A stretch of 20,000 bases of DNA from an uncultured virus (IMG/VR IMGVR_UViG_3300025789_000021) (IMGVR_UViG_3300025789_000021); one strand, 5' to 3'; shown: positions 1-8,533, counted from the first letter of the stretch. Notes: generated by a model not told the origin, from the sequence alone. A program made the numbers and translations.

Positions 1-2
1 CA

Positions 3-1292
3 GCCGCAGATAGAAATCTAAGATTAGCTACTGATGATAACAATCTTCTTAAAGAAATACGAGACGGCATCAACAAAATGCACGGTATTACTAACAAAAA
101 TGCAACTGAAAAAGCATCTAAAAAAAGTAAATCTACAGGTAGCAAAAATAAATCTGGAAAAGGCTATTTTGAACGGCATCCAACGAGAGCAGGTCCTGCT
201 GCATATCTAGGTACTAAATTGCTCAGCCCGTTTCTCAGTAAAATTTCCTCTGCTACTGGTAAAGTTTTTTCTGCTGCTAAATCTAAATTAGGTTCCCTGA
301 GCGAAATGCTTTTTGGAAAAACTATCAAGCCTATCCCGGCAGAAGGAAGAGTAATAGATGGTGTTCGTGTTGGTGGAGGATTTAGAGCAGAAGCAACTCC
401 TAATAGTCCATTAGGCAAGGCATTATTACAAAAAGAAGCAGAAGAATCAAAAGGGCTTTTACCTAAATTAGCTGAAAGAATTAGTACATTAACAAAAACC
501 TCATTTGCAAGATTATCTGGCGCGGGAGAAAGCGTAAGCTTAGCAGCAAGTAAAGCATTTGAACCCATAACCCGAATGGCTAGTAAAATAACAGGACCTG
601 TCGGGAAGTTAGTAGCGAAAGCTGGCGGCGGACTTGCTGGCGGAATATCTGGTATTTTCTCGGGATACGAAGAATATTCTGCTGATAAAAAGAAAGGTAA
701 TTCAACTAAAACTTCACTCAAAAAAGCTGGCACAGTTGGAACAGGTGCGGCAGTGGGTGCAGGCATTGGTGAATTAGCAGGCGGGACACTTGGATCATTG
801 ATTGGACCTGTTGGCACCGTACTTGGCGCTACTGCCGGTGGTGCAATAGGTAGTTGGCTAGGAGAAAAGGGCGGCAAACTACTCGCTGATTATATGGTAA
901 AGGATGATGCTAAGAAAAAAGCTACAGTGCATCCAATAAAGCATCCAATAAAGCATGAAGAAAATTCTGAATATATTAGAGATTTCAAAATACAACGTCA
1001 GCCCAGACTTCAATTGGCTGTTGCAACGCCATCTTTTGATAATTCTATAAATTCATATAGCCCTGCCAATACGTCTAGTAAAATCGGTAGGGAACAAAAT
1101 ACTCCACATAATATTGAACAGCATCGTCCTCAGGAGTATGTACAAAATCAACAAAATAATGAAACTTCAAGACATTTTGAAAAACTTAATGGAACAATGG
1201 AATCACAGTCTGCTAAGATAGATTATCTACACCGAGCGCAACAGGAAACTAATAATCACTTAGCTGCAATATATCGTCATATACGTGAGTGA
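3..1292 (+). CDS. Tape-measure / baseplate-hub-like protein, C-terminal part (5' truncated by the window edge)
   Basis: The frame is open from base 3, upstream of the ATG at 78, to TGA 1292. The protein is K/A/G/S-rich with a long glycine-zipper hydrophobic segment (GAAVGAGIGELAGGTLGSLIGPVGTVLGATAGGAIGSWLG) and a Q/N-rich coiled-coil C-terminus, typical of tape-measure-like proteins. It lies directly before the portal gene. Confidence 0.55.
   Translation, partial: AADRNLRLATDDNNLLKEIRDGINKMHGITNKNATEKASKKSKSTGSKNKSGKGYFERHPTRAGPAAYLGTKLLSPFLSKISSATGKVFSAAKSKLGSLSEMLFGKTIKPIPAEGRVIDGVRVGGGFRAEATPNSPLGKALLQKEAEESKGLLPKLAERISTLTKTSFARLSGAGESVSLAASKAFEPITRMASKITGPVGKLVAKAGGGLAGGISGIFSGYEEYSADKKKGNSTKTSLKKAGTVGTGAAVGAGIGELAGGTLGSLIGPVGTVLGATAGGAIGSWLGEKGGKLLADYMVKDDAKKKATVHPIKHPIKHEENSEYIRDFKIQRQPRLQLAVATPSFDNSINSYSPANTSSKIGREQNTPHNIEQHRPQEYVQNQQNNETSRHFEKLNGTMESQSAKIDYLHRAQQETNNHLAAIYRHIRE
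929..956 (+). repeat. 12-bp tandem repeat GCATCCAATAAA x2.3 (encodes HPIK-HPIK-H)
   Basis: Copies at 929-940 and 941-952, plus partial GCAT at 953-956; in frame. Confidence 0.9.
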
Positions 1293-1295
1293 TAC

Positions 1296-1301
1296 TAAAT
1301 A
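1296..1301 (+). promoter_or_regulatory. T4-like late promoter motif TAAATA upstream of portal
   Basis: ACTAAATA in the short gap before the portal gene. The same core recurs in many gaps and resembles the T4 gp55 promoter TATAAATA. Confidence 0.65.
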
Positions 1302-1326
1302 GTCTATAACTAAGAGAAATAGGTTC

Positions 1327-3123
1327 ATGGCATATAAAAAGAAATTTGTAAATAAGAGCGGGGTTTCTTCGCCAATCTCTGGTGCAAACAGTAATGCAGG
1401 CGCTTGGAATGGCTCGCCCGGTCAAAACGGAATGCCAACTGGTGGCTGGAACAACGATGACTTTGGGTATAAGAACTACATGTCTAGGCTTCCAGAAGTC
1501 TACACAGGTCACCCAAATAGAGTTGAACGTTACAATCAGTATGAAATGATGGATGTTGATGCTGAAATCAACGCCTGTTTAGACATTCTTGCTGAATTTT
1601 CTACTCAGCGCAATGAACATAACAAGACTCCATTTGAAATTGAATTTAAAGATGATCCAACTCCCCACGAAGTAGAATTGCTTACTAAACAGTTGCAACA
1701 GTGGTCAAAACTAAATGAATTTGACGTTCGCATGTTCAAGGTATTCAGAAACGTGGTAAAGTATGGCGATCAGGTTTTCGTGCGTGACCCAGAAACATTT
1801 AAATTATTTTGGATTGACATGGTTAAGGTTATCAAGGTCATTGTTAATGAATCCGAAGGTAAGAAACCAGAACAATATGTAATTAAAGACATCAATATCA
1901 ATTTACAAAACCTCAGCGCGGCACAGAAGACTAATACTGACTTTGCTGCTAATCCCGCAACTGGTCTTGGTGGTTCTGGTGGAGGAACCAATACTCCATA
2001 TACTGTTCCAGCAATGCCTTACAATACCTCTGGATCAAGATTTACTCTTGGACAGTCTGAATCGGCAATTGATGCTAAGCACGTAGTTCACCTATCATTG
2101 ACAGAAGGACTTGATCGTTTCTGGCCATTTGGGCAGTCTATTCTTGAAAACATCTTCAAGGTTTACAAGCAAAAAGAACTGCTTGAAGATGCAGTCCTTA
2201 TCTATCGTGTTCAAAGAGCACCAGAACGAAGAGTATTTAAAATTGACGTAGGTAATATGCCATCACACATGGCAATGGCATTTGTTGATCGCGTCAAGAA
2301 TGAAATTCACCAAAGACGTATTCCTTCTGTTTATGGTGGATCATCTGTAGTTGACGCAAGTTATAATCCACTCTCAATGAACGAAGATTATTTCTTTCCA
2401 GTTACAGCAGAAGGTCGCGGTTCAACTGTTGATATTCTTCCGGGTGGACAGAATCTTGGTGAAATTGATGACTTGAAATATTTTAATAATCGTCTTGCGC
2501 GTGGTCTCCGTGTTCCAAGCTCATATCTACCAACTGGACCCGATGATAATACTACTCCAATGAATGACGGGCGTGTTGGCACAGCGATGATTCAGGAATT
2601 TAGATTTAACCAATACTGTGAACGACTGCAAAATTATATTTGTTTGAAATTGGATGAAGAGTTTAAACTTTTCCTCCGTTGGAGAGGATTTAATATTGAT
2701 CCCGGTTTATTTGGTATTAAATTTAACGCACCACAAAATTTTGCGTCATATCGTCAATCAGAAATGGATAGTGCTCGCGTTTCAACTTTTGCAACAATGG
2801 AATCCTTTCCGTATATATCAAAACGCTTTGCTCTTGAAAGATTCTTAGGTCTTACCGAAGAAGAAATTAAGAAAAATGAAAAGATGTGGAATGAAGAAAA
2901 TGCTGATGATATGCTTAATGAACCACAAGGTTCTGATTTGAGAAACATTGGTATATCTACTGGTGATTTCCAAGCAGATTCAGATACGGCAGATCAGATT
3001 GACCAAGCATCGCAACAAGGACCAGAAAGTGAAATGGGAGTAGCTGGGCCAGTTGCGTCCGATGTTGGTGGTGCAGTTGCCGCAGGCGGCGGCGCAGCCG
3101 CTGGTCCATTGGGGAATAGTTAA
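1327..3123 (+). CDS. g20: Portal vertex protein (T4 gp20 family)
   Basis: 598 aa with hallmark motifs LEDAVLIYRVQRAPERRVFKIDVGNMP and MNEDYFFP...EGRGSTVDILPGGQNLGEIDDLKYF; first gene of the head module. Confidence 0.97.
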   Translation: MAYKKKFVNKSGVSSPISGANSNAGAWNGSPGQNGMPTGGWNNDDFGYKNYMSRLPEVYTGHPNRVERYNQYEMMDVDAEINACLDILAEFSTQRNEHNKTPFEIEFKDDPTPHEVELLTKQLQQWSKLNEFDVRMFKVFRNVVKYGDQVFVRDPETFKLFWIDMVKVIKVIVNESEGKKPEQYVIKDININLQNLSAAQKTNTDFAANPATGLGGSGGGTNTPYTVPAMPYNTSGSRFTLGQSESAIDAKHVVHLSLTEGLDRFWPFGQSILENIFKVYKQKELLEDAVLIYRVQRAPERRVFKIDVGNMPSHMAMAFVDRVKNEIHQRRIPSVYGGSSVVDASYNPLSMNEDYFFPVTAEGRGSTVDILPGGQNLGEIDDLKYFNNRLARGLRVPSSYLPTGPDDNTTPMNDGRVGTAMIQEFRFNQYCERLQNYICLKLDEEFKLFLRWRGFNIDPGLFGIKFNAPQNFASYRQSEMDSARVSTFATMESFPYISKRFALERFLGLTEEEIKKNEKMWNEENADDMLNEPQGSDLRNIGISTGDFQADSDTADQIDQASQQGPESEMGVAGPVASDVGGAVAAGGGAAAGPLGNS

Positions 3124-3130
3124 TCAGGGA

Positions 3131-3136
3131 TAAATA
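3131..3136 (+). promoter_or_regulatory. Late promoter motif TAAATA, 5 nt before ATG 3142
   Basis: GATAAATAGTTATATG. Confidence 0.65.
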
Positions 3137-3141
3137 GTTAT

Positions 3142-3384
3142 ATGAAACTAAATGAAATGTTTGCACCACCAATAAATGGTTTACAGGATGTCAACTCTGA
3201 CAATAGCAGACCCGCGTGGAGAACATCCCGTAAAACTAAATTAACATTAACGCAAATACGTAAACTACGCCGTATGTTAGATTTAAGAAATTACGAGCGT
3301 AAAAAACACTTAGAAAAAGTGCGTAAACAATATGGTGCTAAGCCAGAAGTCGGAGCAAGTATGGCTCCTCCAGCAATTGCATAA
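3142..3384 (+). CDS. Small basic prohead protein (positional equivalent of T4 gp67/gp68)
   Basis: 80 aa, R/K-rich (RKTKLTLTQIRKLRRM...QYG), between portal and core genes; begins MKLNEM. Confidence 0.7.
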   Translation: MKLNEMFAPPINGLQDVNSDNSRPAWRTSRKTKLTLTQIRKLRRMLDLRNYERKKHLEKVRKQYGAKPEVGASMAPPAIA

Positions 3385-3436
3385 TCATAAAAATCAAAAA
3401 ACACACACTTATTGAGTTGTTTTCTTGCATATGGGT

Positions 3437-3442
3437 TAAATA
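3437..3442 (+). promoter_or_regulatory. Late promoter motif TAAATA upstream of the core/protease/scaffold/capsid genes
   Basis: GTTAAATA in the gap, followed by RBS AGGAG (3465-3469) and ATG 3478. Confidence 0.6.
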
Positions 3443-3477
3443 TATTCACAAAGCCATTTGTATCAGGAGACAATTTA

Positions 3478-4323
3478 ATGGATATTAGAAAATACGAAAA
3501 GTTGATCAATTTAGTTATCAACGAAGACCAAGCAGCAGCAGACGCACTTTTCCACGAAATCGTAGTTGAAAAATCACGCGAAATCTTTGAATCAATCATG
3601 GCTGACGAAGACATGATGGACGAAGGTATGGGTGGACAAGTTGGCGATATGCTTGACGAAATTAATGCCGAAGAAGCAGGTGTCACCGAAGAAGAAGATA
3701 TTGACTTTGATCAGGACATGGAAATGGACGACATGGACGACATGGACGGCATTGATATGGATGATGAACACGAAGACGACATGGGACACATGGAACATGA
3801 AGAAATTGAAGATGCCGTAATTCGCATTGAAGACAAACTTGACCAGTTGATGGCTGAATTTGAAGACATCATGGGCGGCGACAAAATGGACCACATGGAT
3901 GATGAAGACGAAGATGCTGACATGGGAGACGATGATCAGGACTTTGGTAACGACGAAGAAGAACCAATGATGGAAAACGTCAATCTTCATAAAGTTTCAG
4001 TAACTCACGGCGACAACGGTCAAAACACCAAGTCTACTGTAGCATTTAACTCAGGCCAATCAGGAATGGACAGTCGTCCAGTTAAGTTCTCTGGCGATGC
4101 AGAATCAGTCCCTACCAGCCCTAAGAAGCCAAGTGATTACTTGACCAAAGGCGAAGGAAATCTTCCGGGCGCAGGAAATTTCAAAAACGTACCGGGAAAG
4201 AATAATTTCAAAGAAAAGGGCGACACTGCACCTAAGCCAAAGCATGGTGATGATGGATCAAACTTCCGTAGTCCAGTAGCAGAATCACGTAATCGTGCTC
4301 CTACTCGTAGACCACAGCGTTAA
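3478..4323 (+). CDS. Acidic prohead core / internal scaffolding protein
   Basis: Start moved to ATG 3478 because of the AGGAG RBS. Helical N-terminus (ALFHEIVVEKSREIFESIM), very D/E/M-rich middle, basic low-complexity tail; lies between portal and protease. Confidence 0.75.
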   Translation: MDIRKYEKLINLVINEDQAAADALFHEIVVEKSREIFESIMADEDMMDEGMGGQVGDMLDEINAEEAGVTEEEDIDFDQDMEMDDMDDMDGIDMDDEHEDDMGHMEHEEIEDAVIRIEDKLDQLMAEFEDIMGGDKMDHMDDEDEDADMGDDDQDFGNDEEEPMMENVNLHKVSVTHGDNGQNTKSTVAFNSGQSGMDSRPVKFSGDAESVPTSPKKPSDYLTKGEGNLPGAGNFKNVPGKNNFKEKGDTAPKPKHGDDGSNFRSPVAESRNRAPTRRPQR

Positions 4324-4329
4324 TAGGAA

Positions 4330-4437
4330 TCTGAAAGCAGATGGCTTTGCTGTATCAGAGAAATGAGAAACAGACAACCGCTAAGTCGGGGCTGTTTACG
4401 AGTGAATGGGTCCGTATTAATACGGACCCATATGCTC
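4330..4437 (+). other. Structured intergenic region: three consecutive hairpins including a perfect 26-bp palindrome (4406-4431)
   Basis: TCTGA..AGCA/TGCT..TCAGA (4330-4359); AAACAG..CCG/CGG..CTGTTT (4368-4397); ATGGGTCCGTATTAATACGGACCCAT (4406-4431), extendable by GAGT/GCTC to 4400-4437. Confidence 0.7.
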
Positions 4438-4467
4438 TATCTGATCAGAAATCAAAGGAAATTTACA

Positions 4468-5109
4468 ATGATTCCTAATAGAAAAATATTACAAGAATTC
4501 TTGTCACCGTTAGCATCAAACACGATAATTGAATCGGTTGATACAGGTAACGGAAAAAATTTATACATGAAGGGTATATTCATTCAGGGAAACGTCAAGA
4601 ACGCAAATGAAAGAATATATCCAGTTGAAGAAATCAACAGAGCAGTCAGAACACTAAACGAACAAATAACCAATGGATATTCTGTTTTAGGTGAAGTTGA
4701 CCATCCTGATGATCTTAAAATTAACCTAGACCGCGTTAGTCACTGCATTACCACTATGGATATGGATGGACCAAACGGCGTAGGTAAATTAAAAATTCTC
4801 CCAACTCCAATGGGTGATCTTGTCAAGACAATGTTGGAGTCGGGTGTCAAGCTAGGTGTATCAAGTCGTGGTTCGGGTAACGTAAGCGACATGGATGGCC
4901 GCGTCAGTGATTTTGAAATAATCACTGTAGATATTGTTGCACAACCAAGTGCTCCAAACGCATATCCCAAGGCAATTTATGAAGGACTTCTGAATATGAA
5001 GTACGGACATAAGGCACTTGAGATTGCCAAAGAAGCACAAGGCAACAAACAAGTACAGAGATACCTTGCTGAGGAAGTAAAACGCCTCATCAATGATCTT
5101 AAATTATAA
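4468..5109 (+). CDS. g21: Prohead core protease (T4 gp21 family)
   Basis: Motifs GIFIQG..KNANERIYP, LGEVDHP (catalytic His), GVSSRGSG (catalytic Ser) and TVDIVAQPSAP. The start at ATG 4468 has RBS AAGGA at 4455-4459. Confidence 0.95.
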   Translation: MIPNRKILQEFLSPLASNTIIESVDTGNGKNLYMKGIFIQGNVKNANERIYPVEEINRAVRTLNEQITNGYSVLGEVDHPDDLKINLDRVSHCITTMDMDGPNGVGKLKILPTPMGDLVKTMLESGVKLGVSSRGSGNVSDMDGRVSDFEIITVDIVAQPSAPNAYPKAIYEGLLNMKYGHKALEIAKEAQGNKQVQRYLAEEVKRLINDLKL

Positions 5110-5121
5110 AGGGGACTAAGC

Positions 5122-6228
5122 ATGCTAGATGCCATAAAGCCATTACTAGAAAGCGGTCTTATCAACGAAGACGTAGGCAGAGAATTAAACGAAGCCTGGG
5201 AATCTAAGTTGAATGAAGCCCGTAATCAAGTTCGTGCAGAACTTCATGAAGAATTTGCACAACGCTATGAACACGATAGAATGGTTATGGTAGAATCCCT
5301 TGATAAGATGATTACCGCTCATCTCGCAGATGAAATTTCAGAATTCGCATCTGAGAGAGCAGCAATGAATGAAGACAGAGTAAAAAATCAAATTAAACTG
5401 CGTGAAAGTGCAACTAAGTTCAATGATTTCATGGTTACTAAATTAGCCGAAGAAATTCGTGAACTTCGTTCAGATCGTAAAGTTCAGATGGAAAATCAGA
5501 AGAAGTTGGAACAATTTATTGTTCATGCTTTGGCTCGTGAAATCAAAGAATTTGCTATTGATAGAGAAGCAGTTGTTGAAGCAAAAGTCAAGCTCGTTGC
5601 TGAAGGTCGCCAACAAATTGAAGCACTTAAGGACAAATTCGTTACTGAAAGTGCCAAGAAAGTCAGCACCATGGTTGGAAATCACCTCAAGGGTGAACTA
5701 TCACAACTAAAAGAAGACATTAAAATCGCAAGAGAAAACAATTTCGGTCGCAAGATTTTCGAATCCTTCGCAAGTGAATTCTCAGTAACTTATCTAAATG
5801 ATAAGGCTGAAACTCGCAAGGTAATGAATGCTCTTGTAGCAAAAGACCGTCAACTTGCAGAAGCCAAATCTCAGTTGCAGAAAGCAGCTAAGATCGTTGA
5901 AAGCAAGGAACGTGAAGTTCGCATTATTAAGGAATCAACTCAACGTGAGAAGACAATGGAAGACCTATTGTCAACTCTCAATGACGAAAAAGCCTCAGTA
6001 ATGAGAAGTTTACTTGAAAGCGTTCAGACACCTAAATTGAAGAACGCATTCGACAAATATTTACCAGCGGTACTTAATACCGGTTCAACACAAAAGGCCC
6101 AAAAGACCTCATTGACTGAATCCGTTATTGCAGAGGCAACTGGTAATAAAACTGTCCAGAAACCAATTGAGATTGATACATACGAAAAAGATAACGTAAT
6201 CGATCTTAAGCGCCTGGCAGGGCTATAA
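5122..6228 (+). CDS. g22: Prohead scaffolding protein (T4 gp22-like)
   Basis: 368 aa, E/K-rich coiled coil with many L/I-x-E sites, ending RLAGL; lies between protease and capsid; GGGG RBS. Confidence 0.85.
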   Translation: MLDAIKPLLESGLINEDVGRELNEAWESKLNEARNQVRAELHEEFAQRYEHDRMVMVESLDKMITAHLADEISEFASERAAMNEDRVKNQIKLRESATKFNDFMVTKLAEEIRELRSDRKVQMENQKKLEQFIVHALAREIKEFAIDREAVVEAKVKLVAEGRQQIEALKDKFVTESAKKVSTMVGNHLKGELSQLKEDIKIARENNFGRKIFESFASEFSVTYLNDKAETRKVMNALVAKDRQLAEAKSQLQKAAKIVESKEREVRIIKESTQREKTMEDLLSTLNDEKASVMRSLLESVQTPKLKNAFDKYLPAVLNTGSTQKAQKTSLTESVIAEATGNKTVQKPIEIDTYEKDNVIDLKRLAGL

Positions 6229-6253
6229 TAAAGACATATTAGGAGATATAAAC

Positions 6254-7450
6254 ATGTCAAAAGTACTATTAGAAAGCCGTTGGGGCGAAACAAAAGATGC
6301 TCTGCTTGAAGGCTTAAAGGGCAATCGTCGCTCAACAATGGGTGTTATCCTTGAAAATACTAAAAAGCAGTTGCTTGCAGAATCTTCTGCTGGCACGACT
6401 ACTGCTGGTAATATCGCAACTCTAAACCGCGTTATTCTTCCAGTTATTCGCCGTGTTATGCCAACTGTTATTGCAAACGAACTCGTAGGCGTTCAGCCAA
6501 TGACTGGTCCAGTTGGACAGATTCACACTCTTCGTGTTCGTTACGCTCAGTCATTGACTGACAACTCAGCAGCACAGACTTCGGTCGTTGCTGGTGAAGA
6601 AGCACTTTCACCATTCAAGATCGCGCAGGCATATTCCCGCGTACCAGCAGCAACTACAAGCACTAATTATTACACTGGTGCGGACACTGCTTCACTTGAA
6701 GGCGACGGTGGTAAGCAGATCAGCGTACAAATCCTCAGACAGGCTGTTGAAGCCAAGTCACGTAAATTGCAAGCACGTTGGACTTTTGAAGCTGCTCAGG
6801 ACGCTCAATCACAACACGGGATTGACGTTGAAGCAGAAATCATGGCAGCACTTGCACAGGAAATTACTGCTGAAATCGATCAGGAAATCTTGCTTTCATT
6901 GGCAACTCTTGCATCAACTGAATACACCTTCAACCAAGCAACTGTTTCAGGTACTGCTACTTACGTTGGTGACGAACATGCTGCTCTTGCTGTTCTTATC
7001 AACCGCGTTGCAAACTTGATCGCACAGCGCACTCGTCGCGGTGCAGGTAATTGGGCTGTTGTTTCACCAGCATCATTGACTGTTCTTCAATCAGCAACTA
7101 CTTCTGCATTTGCACGTACAACAGAAGGTACATTTGAAGCTCCAACTAACACCAAGTTCGTTGGTACTTTGAATGGTGCAATGCGCGTATTCGTTAACTC
7201 ATATGCACCTGACACTCAGCCAGTATTGGTTGGTTATAAGGGTTCATCTGAAACTGACGCAGCAGCGTTCTATTGCCCATACATTCCGTTGATGTCATCT
7301 GGCGTTGTCCTTGATCCGTCAACTTTCGAACCAGTCGTAAGCTTTATGACGCGCTACGGATATATCGAGCTTACCAACACTGCCTCAAGTTTTGGGAATG
7401 CTGCGGATTACGTTGGAGAAATTGCGGTCCAAAATTTGACGTTCCAATAA
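6254..7450 (+). CDS. g23: Major capsid protein (T4 gp23 family)
   Basis: Motifs PVIRRVMP..IANELVGVQPMTGPVGQI, VEAKSRKLQARWTFEAAQD..HGIDVEAE, VGYKG..DAAAFYCPYIPL and FEPVVSFMTRYG. Strong AGGAG RBS and codon bias typical of a highly expressed gene. Confidence 0.98.
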   Translation: MSKVLLESRWGETKDALLEGLKGNRRSTMGVILENTKKQLLAESSAGTTTAGNIATLNRVILPVIRRVMPTVIANELVGVQPMTGPVGQIHTLRVRYAQSLTDNSAAQTSVVAGEEALSPFKIAQAYSRVPAATTSTNYYTGADTASLEGDGGKQISVQILRQAVEAKSRKLQARWTFEAAQDAQSQHGIDVEAEIMAALAQEITAEIDQEILLSLATLASTEYTFNQATVSGTATYVGDEHAALAVLINRVANLIAQRTRRGAGNWAVVSPASLTVLQSATTSAFARTTEGTFEAPTNTKFVGTLNGAMRVFVNSYAPDTQPVLVGYKGSSETDAAAFYCPYIPLMSSGVVLDPSTFEPVVSFMTRYGYIELTNTASSFGNAADYVGEIAVQNLTFQ

Positions 7451-7488
7451 GTTTAACACAACTTATTACGAAAGTAAAGCAAAAAAAT

Positions 7489-7527
7489 GGAAAAGGAGAG
7501 AAGAAATTCTCTCCTTTTCTTTTGTTT
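7489..7527 (+). terminator. Rho-independent terminator after g23
   Basis: GAAAAGGAGAGAA-GAAA-TTCTCTCCTTTTC: a perfect stem with a GAAA tetraloop, followed by TTTTGTTT. Confidence 0.9.
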
Positions 7528-7531
7528 ATAA

Positions 7532-7560
7532 TTGACAAATGCTGCTGACTATGATAAATA
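7532..7560 (+). promoter_or_regulatory. Promoter of the homing endonuclease: late motif TAAATA (7555-7560), with TTGACA 17 nt upstream
   Basis: TTGACA at 7532-7537, TAAATA at 7555-7560, ATG at 7566; directly after the terminator. Confidence 0.55.
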
Positions 7561-7565
7561 AAAGT

Positions 7566-8366
7566 ATGAAACATTTTATTTACAAAACAACTCACAAAAA
7601 CGGCAAATACTATATTGGCAGACATAGCACCGACAACATAGAAGATGGTTATGTTGGGTCAGGTAAATGGCCATTGTCCATTAAAGATAAATCATCACTG
7701 ACTCGTGAAATATTGGAGTTTGTTGATGATTTTGACACGCTGGTTAAACGTGAAGGCGAATATCTCACAGAACATTATGGTAAACCCAATTGCATGAATA
7801 ATAACATTGATCCCATTGGATTTGATTCCGGTGATAATAATCCGATGCGAAATCCCGAGATAGCGGCAAAGATATCCGGAGATAATCACTGGCTAAAGCG
7901 AAATCCGGAAAGAAAAGAAGATTTTAGGAACCAACAGCTTAATAGGGTTAAAGACGGGAGTCACAATTTTTTGGGAAACGATAATCCAAACAAAGATGGA
8001 AGAAACGCCAAATTGGCATATGAACGTGGAACACACAATACCTTGACTAACAACCCATCAACCGTAAATGCTACTAATGGGACACACCATTGGCAAGATG
8101 GTAAAAGTCCAAACTACCAAGGAAAACTTAATAAAAGGTTAGTTGAAGAAGGTCGTCATAATTTCCTTGGTCCGGAGTTGAATCAGAAACGGATTGATGA
8201 AGGAAATCATAATCTTGTTGGATCAGACACGAATCTTAAAATGTTAGCCGAAGGTAAACATCCATCACAACAAAAGAAAACCTGTGAACATTGTGGAAAA
8301 ACTGCGAGTGTTGGGATGTATAAACGTTGGCACGGTGATAACTGTAAGAACAATAAGGACAAGTGA
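7566..8366 (+). CDS. Free-standing GIY-YIG homing endonuclease (Seg-like) with C-terminal Zn-finger
   Basis: N-terminal FIYKTT..NGKYYIGRHST...DGYVGSG...REILE..(E)...N matches the GIY-YIG domain. It also has a GDNNPM motif, G-x-H repeats and a C-terminal CEHC...H..NC. The start is likelier ATG 7566 than 7539. Confidence 0.88.
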   Translation: MKHFIYKTTHKNGKYYIGRHSTDNIEDGYVGSGKWPLSIKDKSSLTREILEFVDDFDTLVKREGEYLTEHYGKPNCMNNNIDPIGFDSGDNNPMRNPEIAAKISGDNHWLKRNPERKEDFRNQQLNRVKDGSHNFLGNDNPNKDGRNAKLAYERGTHNTLTNNPSTVNATNGTHHWQDGKSPNYQGKLNKRLVEEGRHNFLGPELNQKRIDEGNHNLVGSDTNLKMLAEGKHPSQQKKTCEHCGKTASVGMYKRWHGDNCKNNKDK

Positions 8367-8368
8367 AT

Positions 8369-8533
8369 ATGAATGAAGAAGAGCCAATCAACGAATATAA
8401 AAAGGAACCACAGATGCTCACTAAAGAGTTCTGTGAAGAATTGGTGCGGAGAGGAAAAGAAAATATAGAAAAATCTACACAAGCACTTAAGGAACTATAT
8501 CAAGAACTGGGAATTTCGGATGAAGATCAATGA
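8369..8533 (+). CDS. Small acidic hypothetical protein, 54 aa (not in the ORF track)
   Basis: MNEEEPINEYKKEPQMLTKEFCEELVRRGKENIEKSTQALKELYQELGISDEDQ. AAGGA RBS at 8355-8359; fills the gap and overlaps the next start. Confidence 0.65.
   Translation: MNEEEPINEYKKEPQMLTKEFCEELVRRGKENIEKSTQALKELYQELGISDEDQ

Noticed and set aside
164..877. 237-aa reverse-strand ORF and the many other minus-strand or alternative-frame ORFs in the track
   Set aside because: They are shadows of + strand genes with biased codons (Gly/Ala or Asp/Glu-rich), with no RBS and no recognisable motifs.
4400..4437. Rho-independent terminator, tRNA or known ribozyme
   Set aside because: There is no U-tract on either side, no cloverleaf or TpsiC motif, and no hammerhead core; kept only as an unexplained structure.
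4363..4467. N-terminal extension of the protease from ATG 4363
   Set aside because: It has no good RBS and runs through the hairpins; ATG 4468 has AAGGA at proper spacing.
6254..8366. Intron or intein associated with the endonuclease
   Set aside because: The portal, protease and capsid ORFs are uninterrupted, and the endonuclease lies outside g23 after a terminator, so it is free-standing.
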